Source: Armatimonadota bacterium
Lineage (GTDB): Bacteria; Armatimonadota; UBA10988
Reading direction: 5' to 3'
NCBI GenBank assembly: GCA_016235455.1
Contig: JACRKZ010000069.1
Location: forward strand, 27,913 to 91,912
Length of the DNA: 64,000 nucleotides
A model generated the notes under the pieces. The model was not told where the DNA came from. It saw only the letters and a program-made list of their open reading frames with translations, and made no database searches. Shown here one piece after another: positions 17,938-27,873 of this stretch. The position numbers and the translations under genes are program-made. Positions within the stretch are counted from its first letter, which is position 1; each line of letters starts with the position of its first letter.

Positions 17938-18912
17938 CTACGCCAGCGAAACCACCCGGCCTTCGCGCGCTGACTCATAGGCGGCCTTGACATAGGCCAG
18001 ATTGTCCCGCGCCGCCGGGGCGCTGGACAGCGGCTGGGCGCCGGTCGCCACGCAGCTGACGAAATCCTCGATCGGTCCGGCCATCCACGCGCCGGGCGGC
18101 AGCTCGATGGTCTGCTCGCCATCGCGGTCGCTGCGCAGCTCAAGCCGGCCACGATGCGCCGTGAGACTGCCCGCCGTGCCCAGCACGCGCAGCGGCATGC
18201 CCGGCGTGTGGCGGCTGGAGGCTGAGATGGTCAGCACCGAGAGCACGCCGTCGCGATGGCGCGCGGTCACCGCCGCCACGTCCTCACCGGCGTAGCAGTC
18301 GCGCACGCGCCGGGTCAGACAGCTCATTTGCTCCGGCAGGCCGGCGTAGTGCAGCAGGTAGTCCACGTAGTGGATACCACCGTCGACCAGGGCGCCGCCG
18401 CCCATGAGGTGCTCGTCGAACCGCCAGTCGGTGGTCAGGTACTCGTTGCCCTGCCACCAGGCCATGGTGACCTGCACAGCCAGCACATCGCCTATGCAGC
18501 CGGTGTCGACCAACTCGCGAGCGCGCGGCACCAACGGGTCATAGCGGCACGACTCGGCGATGAGCAGCGTGCGGCCCGACCGCTCGGCCGCCGCGATCAT
18601 GGCGTCGGCGTCCTCCAGCGTGTGCGCGATGGGCTTCTGGCACATGACATGCTTGCCGGCGGCCAGCGCGGCCTCGGTGAACGGCCGGTGCAGGTGGTGC
18701 GGCAGGCAGAGGTCCACGGCATCGATGGCGGGGTCGGCCAGCATGGCCTCGAAGGCCAGCACCGACGCACCCGACTTCGTCGCGGCGGCCTGCGCCTTGT
18801 CCGCATCCACGTCCGCCACGGCGACCACGCGCGCGTGCTCGCCCACTTGCGCCCAAGTGTCGAGATGCGCGCCACTGATGATGCCGCACCCGACCAGCCC
18901 GACTCGTATCAC
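17938..18912 (-). CDS. Gfo/Idh/MocA family oxidoreductase
   Basis: GTG start after GGAGAG. IRVGLVGCGIIS, DLCLPHHLH, GKHVMCQKPIA and GGGALVDGGIHYVD. Confidence 0.88.
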   Translation of the reverse strand: MIRVGLVGCGIISGAHLDTWAQVGEHARVVAVADVDADKAQAAATKSGASVLAFEAMLADPAIDAVDLCLPHHLHRPFTEAALAAGKHVMCQKPIAHTLEDADAMIAAAERSGRTLLIAESCRYDPLVPRARELVDTGCIGDVLAVQVTMAWWQGNEYLTTDWRFDEHLMGGGALVDGGIHYVDYLLHYAGLPEQMSCLTRRVRDCYAGEDVAAVTARHRDGVLSVLTISASSRHTPGMPLRVLGTAGSLTAHRGRLELRSDRDGEQTIELPPGAWMAGPIEDFVSCVATGAQPLSSAPAARDNLAYVKAAYESAREGRVVSLA

Positions 18913-18935
18913 ACGTCTCTCCCAGCACGCACACC

Positions 18936-18977
18936 AAGCCTGCGGGGACGCGCCACGATGGCCGTCCCCGCGGGCTT
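18936..18977 (-). terminator. GC-rich hairpin just after the GH106 stop codon
   Basis: AAGCCTGCGGGGACG pairs with CGTCCCCGCGGGCTT (14/15). Only a short U tract follows. Confidence 0.45.
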
Positions 18978-18985
18978 CGCCGTAC

Positions 18986-21900
18986 CTACTTGACCTCGGC
19001 CACGACGCCCGAGCGCAGCACCACCGGCCCCAGCATACCCGACGGCAGCAGCTCGGAGTCCTTGGTGTAGTGGCGCCAGGTGGTCCAGGTGTAGCGACCG
19101 TCGTTGGGCTTGGGCTTGCCGTCGAGTATCCACTGCGGCCAGGCCAGCAGGCGGCCGTCACCGCCCCACTGCCGGCCGTCGTCGATCTGCTCGTCACCAA
19201 TGAGGCGGTTGGGCCACAGGTTGGTCACGCGCACGCGGATGTCGTTGCTGCCGGCCTTGGCCACGCCCGTCAGGTCATAGCGGAACGGCGGCTTCCAGAG
19301 CACGCCCTGGCTCTTGCCGTTGACGAACAGCTCGGCGAAGTTGACCACCCGGCCCAGGTCGAGCACCAGCCTTCGGTTGGCGCCCACCCAGTCGGCGGGC
19401 ACATCGAGGTTGCGCTGATACTCGGCGGTGCCCGAGAAGTAGCGCACGCCGGCCTCGGTGTGCTCGGTCCAGGAGATCAGCTTGTCCAGCGTGACGCTCG
19501 CCGGCGCACCCCAGTTGGGTGGGAACGACAGCTTCCACGGCCCGGGCACGGCCGCCTGGCGCGGGCCGGTGGCGATGTCGAGCTTGGCCGTCTTGCCACC
19601 GCTGAGCCCGAACTCGAACGCGCCGGGCGCCCACGCGGTCAGCCTCGGCCGCCCGTTGGCGCCGATGGCCAGGTCATAGGGCTCGGGCAGCAGCGTCGCG
19701 CCGCCGCTGCTGGCCGGCAGCGTCAGCACCGCGTTCTCCGCCACGCGCGCCGAGCGGCGCACGCCGTTGAGGCGGTACTCGACGCGCGTCTCCTTGACGG
19801 TCATGTTGGCCGGGTCACCGGCCAGGTCGTTGCCGCATTGCAGCTGCAGGCGGCCGTTCTTCACCGCGTCGTTGAGGATCTTGGTGACGTCGACGAACTG
19901 GGCCTGCGGCTCCTCGCCTTCCACCAGGCCATAAACCGCCTTCTCGACAGTGGCGCCGGCGGGCACTTCCAGGTTGCTGTTCTCCTCGACAACCACGGTC
20001 TTCTGCTGGCCGTTGAGGGTGTAGACGACCTTGAGCGACTTGACCACCTGGTTGGCGGGGTCGGAGCCGGCCATGGCGTTGGTGGCGGGGATGGCGCGCT
20101 GGCCGGCGGCCACCATGGCGCGCACCTTCTCGGTGACGTCGACGCGGTCGCCGGCTTCGGGGAACACGCCATAGCGCGCCGAGTCGATGATCAGCTCGTC
20201 CGGCTTGGCGGCTTCGACGCCGGGCGCGGTCATGGCCTCGCCGGTACGCGCCACACTGGCCACGCCCACGGCGCCACCCAGCGGCTTACGGAAGACCACG
20301 AACACCGAGCCGCGGCCTTCGAAGGGCAGCGTGACCCGCGTGCGGCCATCGACCCGCTGCCACAGCGGCGCGGGCTCGATGACGCCGGTGTCGGCGTGGA
20401 ACAGTTCGGGCAGCAGGTTGCCGACGCGGAACGTGGCGCTGAGTTCGTGCGAGCGGTCGGACCAACTGGCCAGGAAGTAGATCTCCTGGTTGCCCGCACG
20501 GCGGTGCAGCCAGCGCATCGAGCCGGCCTCTGGCCCGGCGAACTCCAGGTCGGGGCTGAGCTTCATGTCGGTCAGCACCGCCGCCAGCGGCTTGCCCCAC
20601 ACCAGCGTGCCGCGGCCGACGGCGCGCTGGGTCTTGGTCTTGCCGTCCAGGTCGCCCCAGACCGCTGACGCCAGCTTCTGCACCTCGGCATCGCTGCCGG
20701 GCTTCAGGCTCGGGCTGCGGCTCGGCTTGGGGCCGACCACCGTGGCGCCGGCTTCCAACAGTGCCTGCACCTTGGCCAGCGACTCGGGCAGCATGGTGTC
20801 CGACTCCGGCAGCACCAGCACCCGGTAGCGGCTGCCATGCGGCAGCGTCAACTGGCCGTCGGCCACCTTCAGCCGGCCTAGGATGGTCGGGTCGGCGCAG
20901 TCGTAGTCGTAGCCGGCCGGCAGCGTGCCGCGGCCCACGGCGTTGTTGGGCGAGTTGTCGCCCACGAAGACCAGCGCATCGGCGGCATAGACGCCCGACT
21001 GCAGCAGGAACTGGCCGCGCGCGAGGTACTTGGTCCAGGCCGGGGCCTGTTCCCACCAGGTGATGGGCCACTCGAAGTGCATGCCCCAGCGGCTCATGGT
21101 CATGCCCGGCTTCAGGTCGGTCCAGGGCTGATGGGCATAGCGGTGGAAGATGAAGCGGCTCACGCCGGCGCACCACATGCGGTCGCCGAGCGCCTTGATG
21201 GACCACGGGTCGTTGCGCCAGGCGCCGTTCTCGGGGCTGGCGGTGAACGATTCCGCGCCGACCACGCTGCGGCCATAGGTGTGGGCGATGGAGCCGGCCA
21301 GTTTGCCGCCGAACTCATCGCCGCCACTGCCCGACCAGAATTCGGTCATGGGCAGCGTGGCATAGCCGCCGGCTGTCAGGCCGTCGAAGTTACCATTGCC
21401 ATAGGGCTCAGCCGCGAGGCTCATGCCACGTTGCGCGGCCAGCTCGGCGAAGCGCCCGTAGTAGTTTTCGTCGAACAGCTCTCCCAGCGTCCGGCGCACG
21501 TCCCACAAGAAGCGCTCGCTGACGGCCAGGCTGTCCACCACGCGGCCGGTCATGGCCGGCAGGTAGAGCTTGGGGTCGTAGCCGCGGCGCTTGGTGAACT
21601 CGGCGGCGAACTTGGGGGTCCAGGTCTGGAAGCCGACCTCATAGCTGTCGATCAACGTCTGCGTGAGCGACTTGCCCACAAACGGCTCGCAAGCGTCGAG
21701 GATGGGCTTGACGCCCTTGTCCCAGAAGGAGGTCACGGCCTCGTAGCTGAGCTTGTCGACCTCCAGCCCGCGGCCCGGCTCGGGCGAGGGATGGTTGTCC
21801 TTGCCGGTGCAGGTGTGGCCCAGGCGCAAGATGGTCCAGTCGCCCGTGGGCGCGTCCCAGTCCAGCGTGCCATCGGCGGCGCACTTGTCGCTCAGGTCGA

Positions 21901-22945
21901 TCATCTGCGCGCGGTCGAGGCGCGCGTCGGCGTCGACTTCGGGACCGGCGGCGGGCGGCTGGTTGTCGGCGCGGTCGAAGCCGGCCTTGCGCGGCCAGTC
22001 GTCGATGCGCGCGGCGCCGCTCAGGTCGACCTCGGCCAGCGCCACGGCGCGCGCGCGGCTGTCGAAGCCGGTGAAGCGCACGCGCCAGACCTTGGCGCGG
22101 GCGGCGGCGAAGGTGGTCGAGGCGCGACCACCCTCGGCCGAGATGGCGAACACGTCGACCCGGCGGAAGTTCGTGCCGTCGTCCGACGCCTCCAGCACGC
22201 CGCGGTGCGCCTGGCGACCGGGTCCGCCCTGAATGGTCAGCGAGCGCGCCGCGAACGGCGCGGCGAAGGCGAAGGTGAGGGCCAGCTCAGTGCCTGCCGC
22301 GGGCTTGGCCAGCGTCACCGCGGTGCCGTTGTTGCCGTCTGTCAGCCGCGCGAAGTCGACGGCCGTCGCGGGCGCGGGCGTGACCGTCACGGTCGGCTTG
22401 GCCTCGGCCAGAGAGTGCTGCTCGGCGCGCGGCGTGGGGAAGGCCAGCACGGCGATGGGCACGTAATGGTTCTGCACCTTCTGCGGCTGGGCCAGCGGCG
22501 CCTTGGGCCGACCGGGCCCGACCAGATGCGCCTCGGTCCACACCAGCTTCTGCATACCCTCGGCCGGGGTGACCCACGGTCCGCCCGACGACGACCAGCC
22601 GGCGCAGTTGTGGAAGCACATCTCCAGCCCGTTGCGGTCGGCCTCGGAGATGGCGTGGCGGAACAGCTTGATCCACTCGGGGCTCAGGTAGTTGACCCGG
22701 CCCGCGGGGATGCCGTCGTCGACGTTGAAGATCTGCGCGCCGCCCAGACCGACCTTGCGCATCTCCTCGATGTCCTTGGTCAGGCCGGCGGCGGTGATGT
22801 TGCCGTTCATCCAGTGCCACCAGGTCTGCGGCTTGGCGGCCCGCGGCGGGTCGGCGAACCCGGCGGTCAGGTCCTGCGCGGCCAGCGGCGCCAGGGCCAG
22901 CAGCAGGGCGGCGGTCAGTAGTCGGAGCAGTCGGCACGTGCGCAT
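18986..22945 (-). CDS. Secreted alpha-L-rhamnosidase, glycoside hydrolase family 106
   Basis: KPQTWWHWMNGNIT, NCAGWSSSGGPW, GLEVDKL, IDSYE, PMTEFW, GAESFT, FHRYAHQPW and VTNLWPNRLIGD. F5/8-like insert. Signal peptide. Confidence 0.9.
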   Translation of the reverse strand: MRTCRLLRLLTAALLLALAPLAAQDLTAGFADPPRAAKPQTWWHWMNGNITAAGLTKDIEEMRKVGLGGAQIFNVDDGIPAGRVNYLSPEWIKLFRHAISEADRNGLEMCFHNCAGWSSSGGPWVTPAEGMQKLVWTEAHLVGPGRPKAPLAQPQKVQNHYVPIAVLAFPTPRAEQHSLAEAKPTVTVTPAPATAVDFARLTDGNNGTAVTLAKPAAGTELALTFAFAAPFAARSLTIQGGPGRQAHRGVLEASDDGTNFRRVDVFAISAEGGRASTTFAAARAKVWRVRFTGFDSRARAVALAEVDLSGAARIDDWPRKAGFDRADNQPPAAGPEVDADARLDRAQMIDLSDKCAADGTLDWDAPTGDWTILRLGHTCTGKDNHPSPEPGRGLEVDKLSYEAVTSFWDKGVKPILDACEPFVGKSLTQTLIDSYEVGFQTWTPKFAAEFTKRRGYDPKLYLPAMTGRVVDSLAVSERFLWDVRRTLGELFDENYYGRFAELAAQRGMSLAAEPYGNGNFDGLTAGGYATLPMTEFWSGSGGDEFGGKLAGSIAHTYGRSVVGAESFTASPENGAWRNDPWSIKALGDRMWCAGVSRFIFHRYAHQPWTDLKPGMTMSRWGMHFEWPITWWEQAPAWTKYLARGQFLLQSGVYAADALVFVGDNSPNNAVGRGTLPAGYDYDCADPTILGRLKVADGQLTLPHGSRYRVLVLPESDTMLPESLAKVQALLEAGATVVGPKPSRSPSLKPGSDAEVQKLASAVWGDLDGKTKTQRAVGRGTLVWGKPLAAVLTDMKLSPDLEFAGPEAGSMRWLHRRAGNQEIYFLASWSDRSHELSATFRVGNLLPELFHADTGVIEPAPLWQRVDGRTRVTLPFEGRGSVFVVFRKPLGGAVGVASVARTGEAMTAPGVEAAKPDELIIDSARYGVFPEAGDRVDVTEKVRAMVAAGQRAIPATNAMAGSDPANQVVKSLKVVYTLNGQQKTVVVEENSNLEVPAGATVEKAVYGLVEGEEPQAQFVDVTKILNDAVKNGRLQLQCGNDLAGDPANMTVKETRVEYRLNGVRRSARVAENAVLTLPASSGGATLLPEPYDLAIGANGRPRLTAWAPGAFEFGLSGGKTAKLDIATGPRQAAVPGPWKLSFPPNWGAPASVTLDKLISWTEHTEAGVRYFSGTAEYQRNLDVPADWVGANRRLVLDLGRVVNFAELFVNGKSQGVLWKPPFRYDLTGVAKAGSNDIRVRVTNLWPNRLIGDEQIDDGRQWGGDGRLLAWPQWILDGKPKPNDGRYTWTTWRHYTKDSELLPSGMLGPVVLRSGVVAEVK

Positions 22946-23115
22946 TGGTCGGTCCCCGTGTGGTCTTGGGGCAGGGTTCCGCGGCGAACGGCTGAGTCCT
23001 TCCAGTCTCCTCGATGCCCGAGCGGATCCCTACCGGTACTTGGCGCGAGATGTTACTTGCTGTGAAGGGAAGGCCGCCCGGGTGGCGAAGCGGGTGCGGC
23101 ACAAGGCGGGAACCC

Positions 23116-26100
23116 ATGGCTGTAGCGTGGCTGGCCGAGACCACGGCGGCGGACGCTGTCGTGAACCTGGCGTGCGACTTCGGCTACGCCACCGCGCGCG
23201 ACGGCGAGGTGGCAGAGCGCGTGCGCGTGATGTTGCGGCTGGCTGAACAGGGCGCCGAAGCCAACCACGATCTGCTTCGTGCGCTACGCATCGCCGAGGC
23301 CGAGGCGCTGGCGGGCCTCTGTGACCGCTGGTTGCACTGGTCTGGTGCGGCGCCCGCGCTCAACCGCACGCCCACGGCACCGACGGCCCATGGCGCGGCC
23401 AACGACGCCGTGCGCTGGGTGCTCCGTCTGACCGAGGCCGCACAGGCCCGTGCGCAGAGCCTGAGGACGGCGAGCTCCGAGTCGATCGGGCGATGCGGAG
23501 TCGCGCCGCTGAGCGCCGTCGATCGCGTGCTGGCCGCCGCGCTCGCGGCGCAGGTCCGACCCGCCGCCGGTGGCGAGTTCGGCGAGTCGCTGGCAGGCTA
23601 CCTGGCGGCGGTGGCAGCGCCCCTGGGCACGCCGCCAGAGAGCTTCGGCGCGCTGTGCCAGGGCTGGTGGCTCAGCCTGCTGGCCCACCGGTTCCGGCGG
23701 GAGTTCGCACCTGATGGGCGGCCTCGGGCCTGCTATCAGTCGGACCTACTGGCCCGCATCGGCCAAGCCGAACTCGTGCCCGAACGGCTCGCTGAGCGTG
23801 ATGGCCAGATGGCGCAAGCGCTGGCGGTGCTGGCCGAATGGCGTCTCACGAGCCCAGACGTCACGGCGTCCAGGGACGACCAGGATGGGCAGGCAAGCCG
23901 CCTCACCGAGGCCTGGTCCACGCTCGATGGCTGGCTTGGCGAGCTGGTCGGCGTCTCCTGGCACGTGGGCGCCAGCCGCTGGCGACGCGGCCGGCTCCAC
24001 ACCCAGTTCCACGTCGTGGCCACGAGCTCGTCGCTGCCACCGGTCTACGCCGCTGTGCCCGTGCCGGCGCCACCCAACGCGGACCACTTCGCCGAGCGCG
24101 AGGCCGATGTCGAGGCCATCGTCGCGGCGTTGGCGGCGCGATGCCCGGTGGCCCTGCTCGGTCCGGCCGGCATCGGCTTGACCAGCCTGGCGGCCGCAGC
24201 CCTGGCTGATCCGCGCGTGGCTGGACCGGGCGCCGACCGGCGGTACTACGCCGACCTGAGGCGCGCGGCCGCCGCTGATACCATCGTGTCCACAGTGGTC
24301 GCGGCGTGCGGCGTGAAGCCGAGCGGCGCCGACACGAGCAGACTCGTCGCGCATCTGGCCCAGTCGCCGGCGGCCTTGGTGCTCGACCACGCCGACGCCG
24401 CGCTGCGGCTCGGTGCCAAGGTGGTCGATGACCTGCTGCGGGCCCTGACGGGCACGCCTGGCCTGGGCCTGATCGTCGCCCTGCGCGGCGAACCGCGAAC
24501 GCCTGACGAGACGCTGTCGGGCTTCAGGCAGGTCAGACCGAGGCTGCTGAGTCCTGACGCCGCCCTGGGGCTGTTTCGCCGACTGACTGACCGGCCGAGC
24601 GGCGACAACGCCGTCCTGCGCGGCCTGTTGGCCAAGGTCGACGGCCTGCCGCTGGCGGTAACGCTGCTGGCGGCAGCGGCCCGGCTCGAGCCCGACCTGG
24701 CCGCGCTGGCGAGCCGCTGGGACAGCGAGCGCGCCCGCCTGACGCGCTCCGGCGCGGGCGGCATCGTCACTGGTCTGGACATCGCGGTCGCCGTGGCCCT
24801 GGCCAGCGAACAGCTCACCGACCAGGCCAAGCGCCTGTTGCGTGCGCTGGCTGAGCTGCCCGACGGTCTGGGCGATGACGACCTGGCGGAGCTCTACCCC
24901 CATGATGGGCGGCGATGCGCGCGCTGCCTGCGTGCTCATGCGCTGCTGGACGAGACGGCCGGCCGGCTGAGGCTGCCGGGCGCGGTCGCCGAGCGGGCGC
25001 GCGCGCAGTTGCCGCCCGATGAGGTCGAGCACGACCGCGTCGCCGAGCACTTCGCGGCGCTGTCCGAGGCGGGCAAGATGATCGGCCGCGACGGCGCTGC
25101 CGAAGTGGTGGCGCGCCTGGCGGCCGAAGCGGGCAACATCGAGGCCGCGTTGCACTGGTTGGTGGACCGGCGGCCTGTCGCCGTGCTGATGACCGCCTTC
25201 GACGGCTACGCCGAACTGGTCCGCTTCACGGGCATCGGATCCGAGGCGCCACTGCGACGCGCGGCGGCCCGGGCCGAGGCCGCGGGCGACACCTATGGCG
25301 TGGCGGAGGCGTTGCTCGAGCTGGCGCTGACGGCTTCCGGGCGCGGCGACCGCCCTGCCGCCCGATCACACTACGAGCACGCGCTGCTGAACTACCAACG
25401 CATGGGCGACCTGCGGGGTCAGGCCAACTGTGTCAGGGGCCTGGGTAACATAGCGCTCGACGGCGTGGACGCCATGACGGCACGGGCACACTACGAGCAG
25501 GCGGTGCCGCTGTACCAGCAGGCGGGTGACGTTGTCGGGCAGGCGGGTTGCGAGGAGGGGCTCGGCCGCGCGGCGCTGCTTCGCTCGGACTACGCCTCGG
25601 CACGCGCTCATTTCGAGCAGGCACTGCCGTTGTATGAGCGGGCCGCGATCGCCGTGGGCCAGGCCAACTGCCTGCACAGCCTCGGCGAACTGGCGATGGA
25701 GCGCGCGGACCATGCCGAGGCCGGAGTTCGCTACGGGCAGGCGCTGCCGCTGTACCAGCAGATCGGCGATGCTCACTCGCACGCGCATTGCCTTCAGGCG
25801 CTGGGCGAGGTGGCGCTGGCCGGCTCGCGGTTCAAGACGGCCATGGCCCGCTTCGAGCAGGCCCTGGCTGCCCACGAGCAAGCTGGCTCCGTGCTGGGTC
25901 AGGCCGGCGCCGTGCGCCGCCTCGGCGACCTGGTCAAGGGCTTCTGGGACCACCCGACCGCGCGCCGACACTACCAGCAGGCGCTGGCGATGTACGAGAG
26001 TGCTGGGGCCGACCTTGGCCGGGCGTGGTGCGAGATAGCGCTGGGCGATGTGGCTCGTGACAGCGGCGACCTCGCCGGCGCGCGGCTCGGCTTTGAGCGT

Positions 26101-26352
26101 GCCGCGGAACTGGCCCTGCGCGCGGCCGCCCCGAGCGCCGCGGCCATGGCCCACCTGCGCCTGGCGGCCATCGCCGCCGACGGCGCGGAGTGTGCCCAAC
26201 AGCAAGCCATGGCGGTCGAGTTGCTGGGCGCCGACGGCCGCGATGTCCAGCCGGCGCAAGTGGCCATGCTGACCCGCCAGCACCGCCAGCGGTCGCGTGT
26301 CGCCCTGCGCCGGTGGATTGCACGCCTGTTCTGGGCCGCTTTGCGCGAGTGA
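23116..26352 (+). CDS. STAND/NB-ARC-like ATPase with C-terminal TPR array
   Basis: GPAGIGLTSLA P-loop region, ALVLDHAD, DGLPLAVTLLA (GLPLA motif), and about 7 repeats of 40 aa such as ARAHYEQAVPLYQQAGDVVGQAGC..GLG. Start uncertain (23014-23116). Confidence 0.75.
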   Translation: MAVAWLAETTAADAVVNLACDFGYATARDGEVAERVRVMLRLAEQGAEANHDLLRALRIAEAEALAGLCDRWLHWSGAAPALNRTPTAPTAHGAANDAVRWVLRLTEAAQARAQSLRTASSESIGRCGVAPLSAVDRVLAAALAAQVRPAAGGEFGESLAGYLAAVAAPLGTPPESFGALCQGWWLSLLAHRFRREFAPDGRPRACYQSDLLARIGQAELVPERLAERDGQMAQALAVLAEWRLTSPDVTASRDDQDGQASRLTEAWSTLDGWLGELVGVSWHVGASRWRRGRLHTQFHVVATSSSLPPVYAAVPVPAPPNADHFAEREADVEAIVAALAARCPVALLGPAGIGLTSLAAAALADPRVAGPGADRRYYADLRRAAAADTIVSTVVAACGVKPSGADTSRLVAHLAQSPAALVLDHADAALRLGAKVVDDLLRALTGTPGLGLIVALRGEPRTPDETLSGFRQVRPRLLSPDAALGLFRRLTDRPSGDNAVLRGLLAKVDGLPLAVTLLAAAARLEPDLAALASRWDSERARLTRSGAGGIVTGLDIAVAVALASEQLTDQAKRLLRALAELPDGLGDDDLAELYPHDGRRCARCLRAHALLDETAGRLRLPGAVAERARAQLPPDEVEHDRVAEHFAALSEAGKMIGRDGAAEVVARLAAEAGNIEAALHWLVDRRPVAVLMTAFDGYAELVRFTGIGSEAPLRRAAARAEAAGDTYGVAEALLELALTASGRGDRPAARSHYEHALLNYQRMGDLRGQANCVRGLGNIALDGVDAMTARAHYEQAVPLYQQAGDVVGQAGCEEGLGRAALLRSDYASARAHFEQALPLYERAAIAVGQANCLHSLGELAMERADHAEAGVRYGQALPLYQQIGDAHSHAHCLQALGEVALAGSRFKTAMARFEQALAAHEQAGSVLGQAGAVRRLGDLVKGFWDHPTARRHYQQALAMYESAGADLGRAWCEIALGDVARDSGDLAGARLGFERAAELALRAAAPSAAAMAHLRLAAIAADGAECAQQQAMAVELLGADGRDVQPAQVAMLTRQHRQRSRVALRRWIARLFWAALRE

Positions 26353-26362
26353 GCGCCGGGCT

Positions 26363-27718
26363 CTACGCCTTCGCCGCCAACCGCGCCTCAATGCTTTCCC
26401 GCAGCTTCGTGGCCTCGGGGATGATGCTGCTGAAGGTCACCGCGCCGTCGATGATGATGGTCGGGATGGACTTCACGCCCAGCGCCATCATGAGCGGGAT
26501 GGTGTCGTCTTCCTTGAGCTTGTGCTCCACCCAGCGCACCTGCCCGCCAAACTGCGCCTCCACGGCCCGGACCGCTTCGACCATGTACTGGCACGGCGCG
26601 CACGACAGCGAGTCGAGCGTGACCACCTCCACCAGCACCTCGCCCGGCTTAGTGTAGTCGGGCAGCTCGATGGTCACCGCGGCCGCCTCCTTCGCCGCGA
26701 TCTCGCCGGTGAAGTCGCCGTGGACCACCTCGGCCACCGCCGCCACGTTCTCGGGCTTGGTGTCATAGGGCATGTCGCAGCCGGGCGCCAGCACGTAGCC
26801 GGTGGCGCCGCCGAGTTCGATGCACTGACGCGCCGCGCGGCGGGCGTCGTCGGTGTTGCCCAGCAGCAGCACGGTGGTCAGCGGGATGTTGCCACCAAAG
26901 GCTACGCCGTGCGCGCGGGCCACCTCGCCCATGGCCACCAGGTCGATCTGCTCGTCGACGAACAGCGCGTCGGGCTTCGTGGCACACATGCCCGGCACGT
27001 TGCGCCAGGCATCGCCACACACGAACAGCGCGGTCGTGGCACCGACCGCCGCCCAACGCTGCCACAGCGGCGCGGCGACGGGAGCAATGAACTGGGCGAA
27101 GTGCGCCGGCGAGATCTGGCTGGTCATGGGGTCGACCGCCGCCACCACGTCGCAACCCGCCTCGCGGTACCACTCGCCAACGCGCCCGGCGATGTCGGCG
27201 CAGTAAGCCAGCAGCGCGTGAATGCGTTCCTCGTTGAGCACCATCTCCAGGAAGATATCCGAGCCCAGCAGGTGCAGCGCGAGGGTGAAGGGGCCGGTGA
27301 CCAGCCCGAACAGCGCCACCTCGTCACCCACCCGCGCTCTCGCGCGGCGGATGGCCTCGATCACCACCGGCAGGCGGCCTGAGTCCGGCGTGATCTCGGG
27401 CAGGTCGCTCAGATCGAGCCCGTGGGCCAGCGGATGGCTGTTGACTGCGGGCGGGTTCTCGCTCGACCAGACCAGTTCGCAGCCCAGCGCCTCGGCTTCC
27501 ACCTGCAGATCGAAGACCACGGGCAGCCCGTCGGCGCGATAGCGCTCGGCCGCGGTGGCCACGCCGGTGGCGATGTACTCGGGATCGCGCAGGTAGACAT
27601 CGGCCGGCAGGTGCAGCAGCTTGCCACCATGGCAACCCACATAAGGGACCCACGGTGTGCGCGGCGTCGGGCGGCAATGCAGGGCGTCCAGCAGCAGTTC
27701 GCGGCGGGTCTGAGCCAT
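26363..27718 (-). CDS. UroD/MtaA-family corrinoid methyltransferase fused to C-terminal thioredoxin-like domain
   Basis: PWVPYVGCHG, FDLQVEAEALGC, GPFTLA, VDPMTSQISP, GGNIP and LAPGCD motifs. C-terminal LDSLSCAPCQYM and IPTIIIDG. Confidence 0.85.
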   Translation of the reverse strand: MAQTRRELLLDALHCRPTPRTPWVPYVGCHGGKLLHLPADVYLRDPEYIATGVATAAERYRADGLPVVFDLQVEAEALGCELVWSSENPPAVNSHPLAHGLDLSDLPEITPDSGRLPVVIEAIRRARARVGDEVALFGLVTGPFTLALHLLGSDIFLEMVLNEERIHALLAYCADIAGRVGEWYREAGCDVVAAVDPMTSQISPAHFAQFIAPVAAPLWQRWAAVGATTALFVCGDAWRNVPGMCATKPDALFVDEQIDLVAMGEVARAHGVAFGGNIPLTTVLLLGNTDDARRAARQCIELGGATGYVLAPGCDMPYDTKPENVAAVAEVVHGDFTGEIAAKEAAAVTIELPDYTKPGEVLVEVVTLDSLSCAPCQYMVEAVRAVEAQFGGQVRWVEHKLKEDDTIPLMMALGVKSIPTIIIDGAVTFSSIIPEATKLRESIEARLAAKA

Positions 27719-27807
27719 CGAAGGTCTCCAGGCTGCCGAGCGCACGCGCCTAAGCTCGGGACGTGCGCCATCCTTGGCAGCCCTCAGGCTGTTTTGGTTA
27801 GGGTGAA

Positions 27808-27845
27808 AGCCCAGCGGCACGCGCCGTGGCGCGAGCCGCTGGGCT
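27808..27845 (-). terminator. Strong hairpin between corrinoid gene and methyltransferase
   Basis: AGCCCAGCGGC..CGCGCC/GGCGCG..GCCGCTGGGCT, followed by a short T run on the minus strand. Confidence 0.45.
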
Positions 27846-27873
27846 GAGCCAAGATGGCTCGGCAAAAGGAAGA

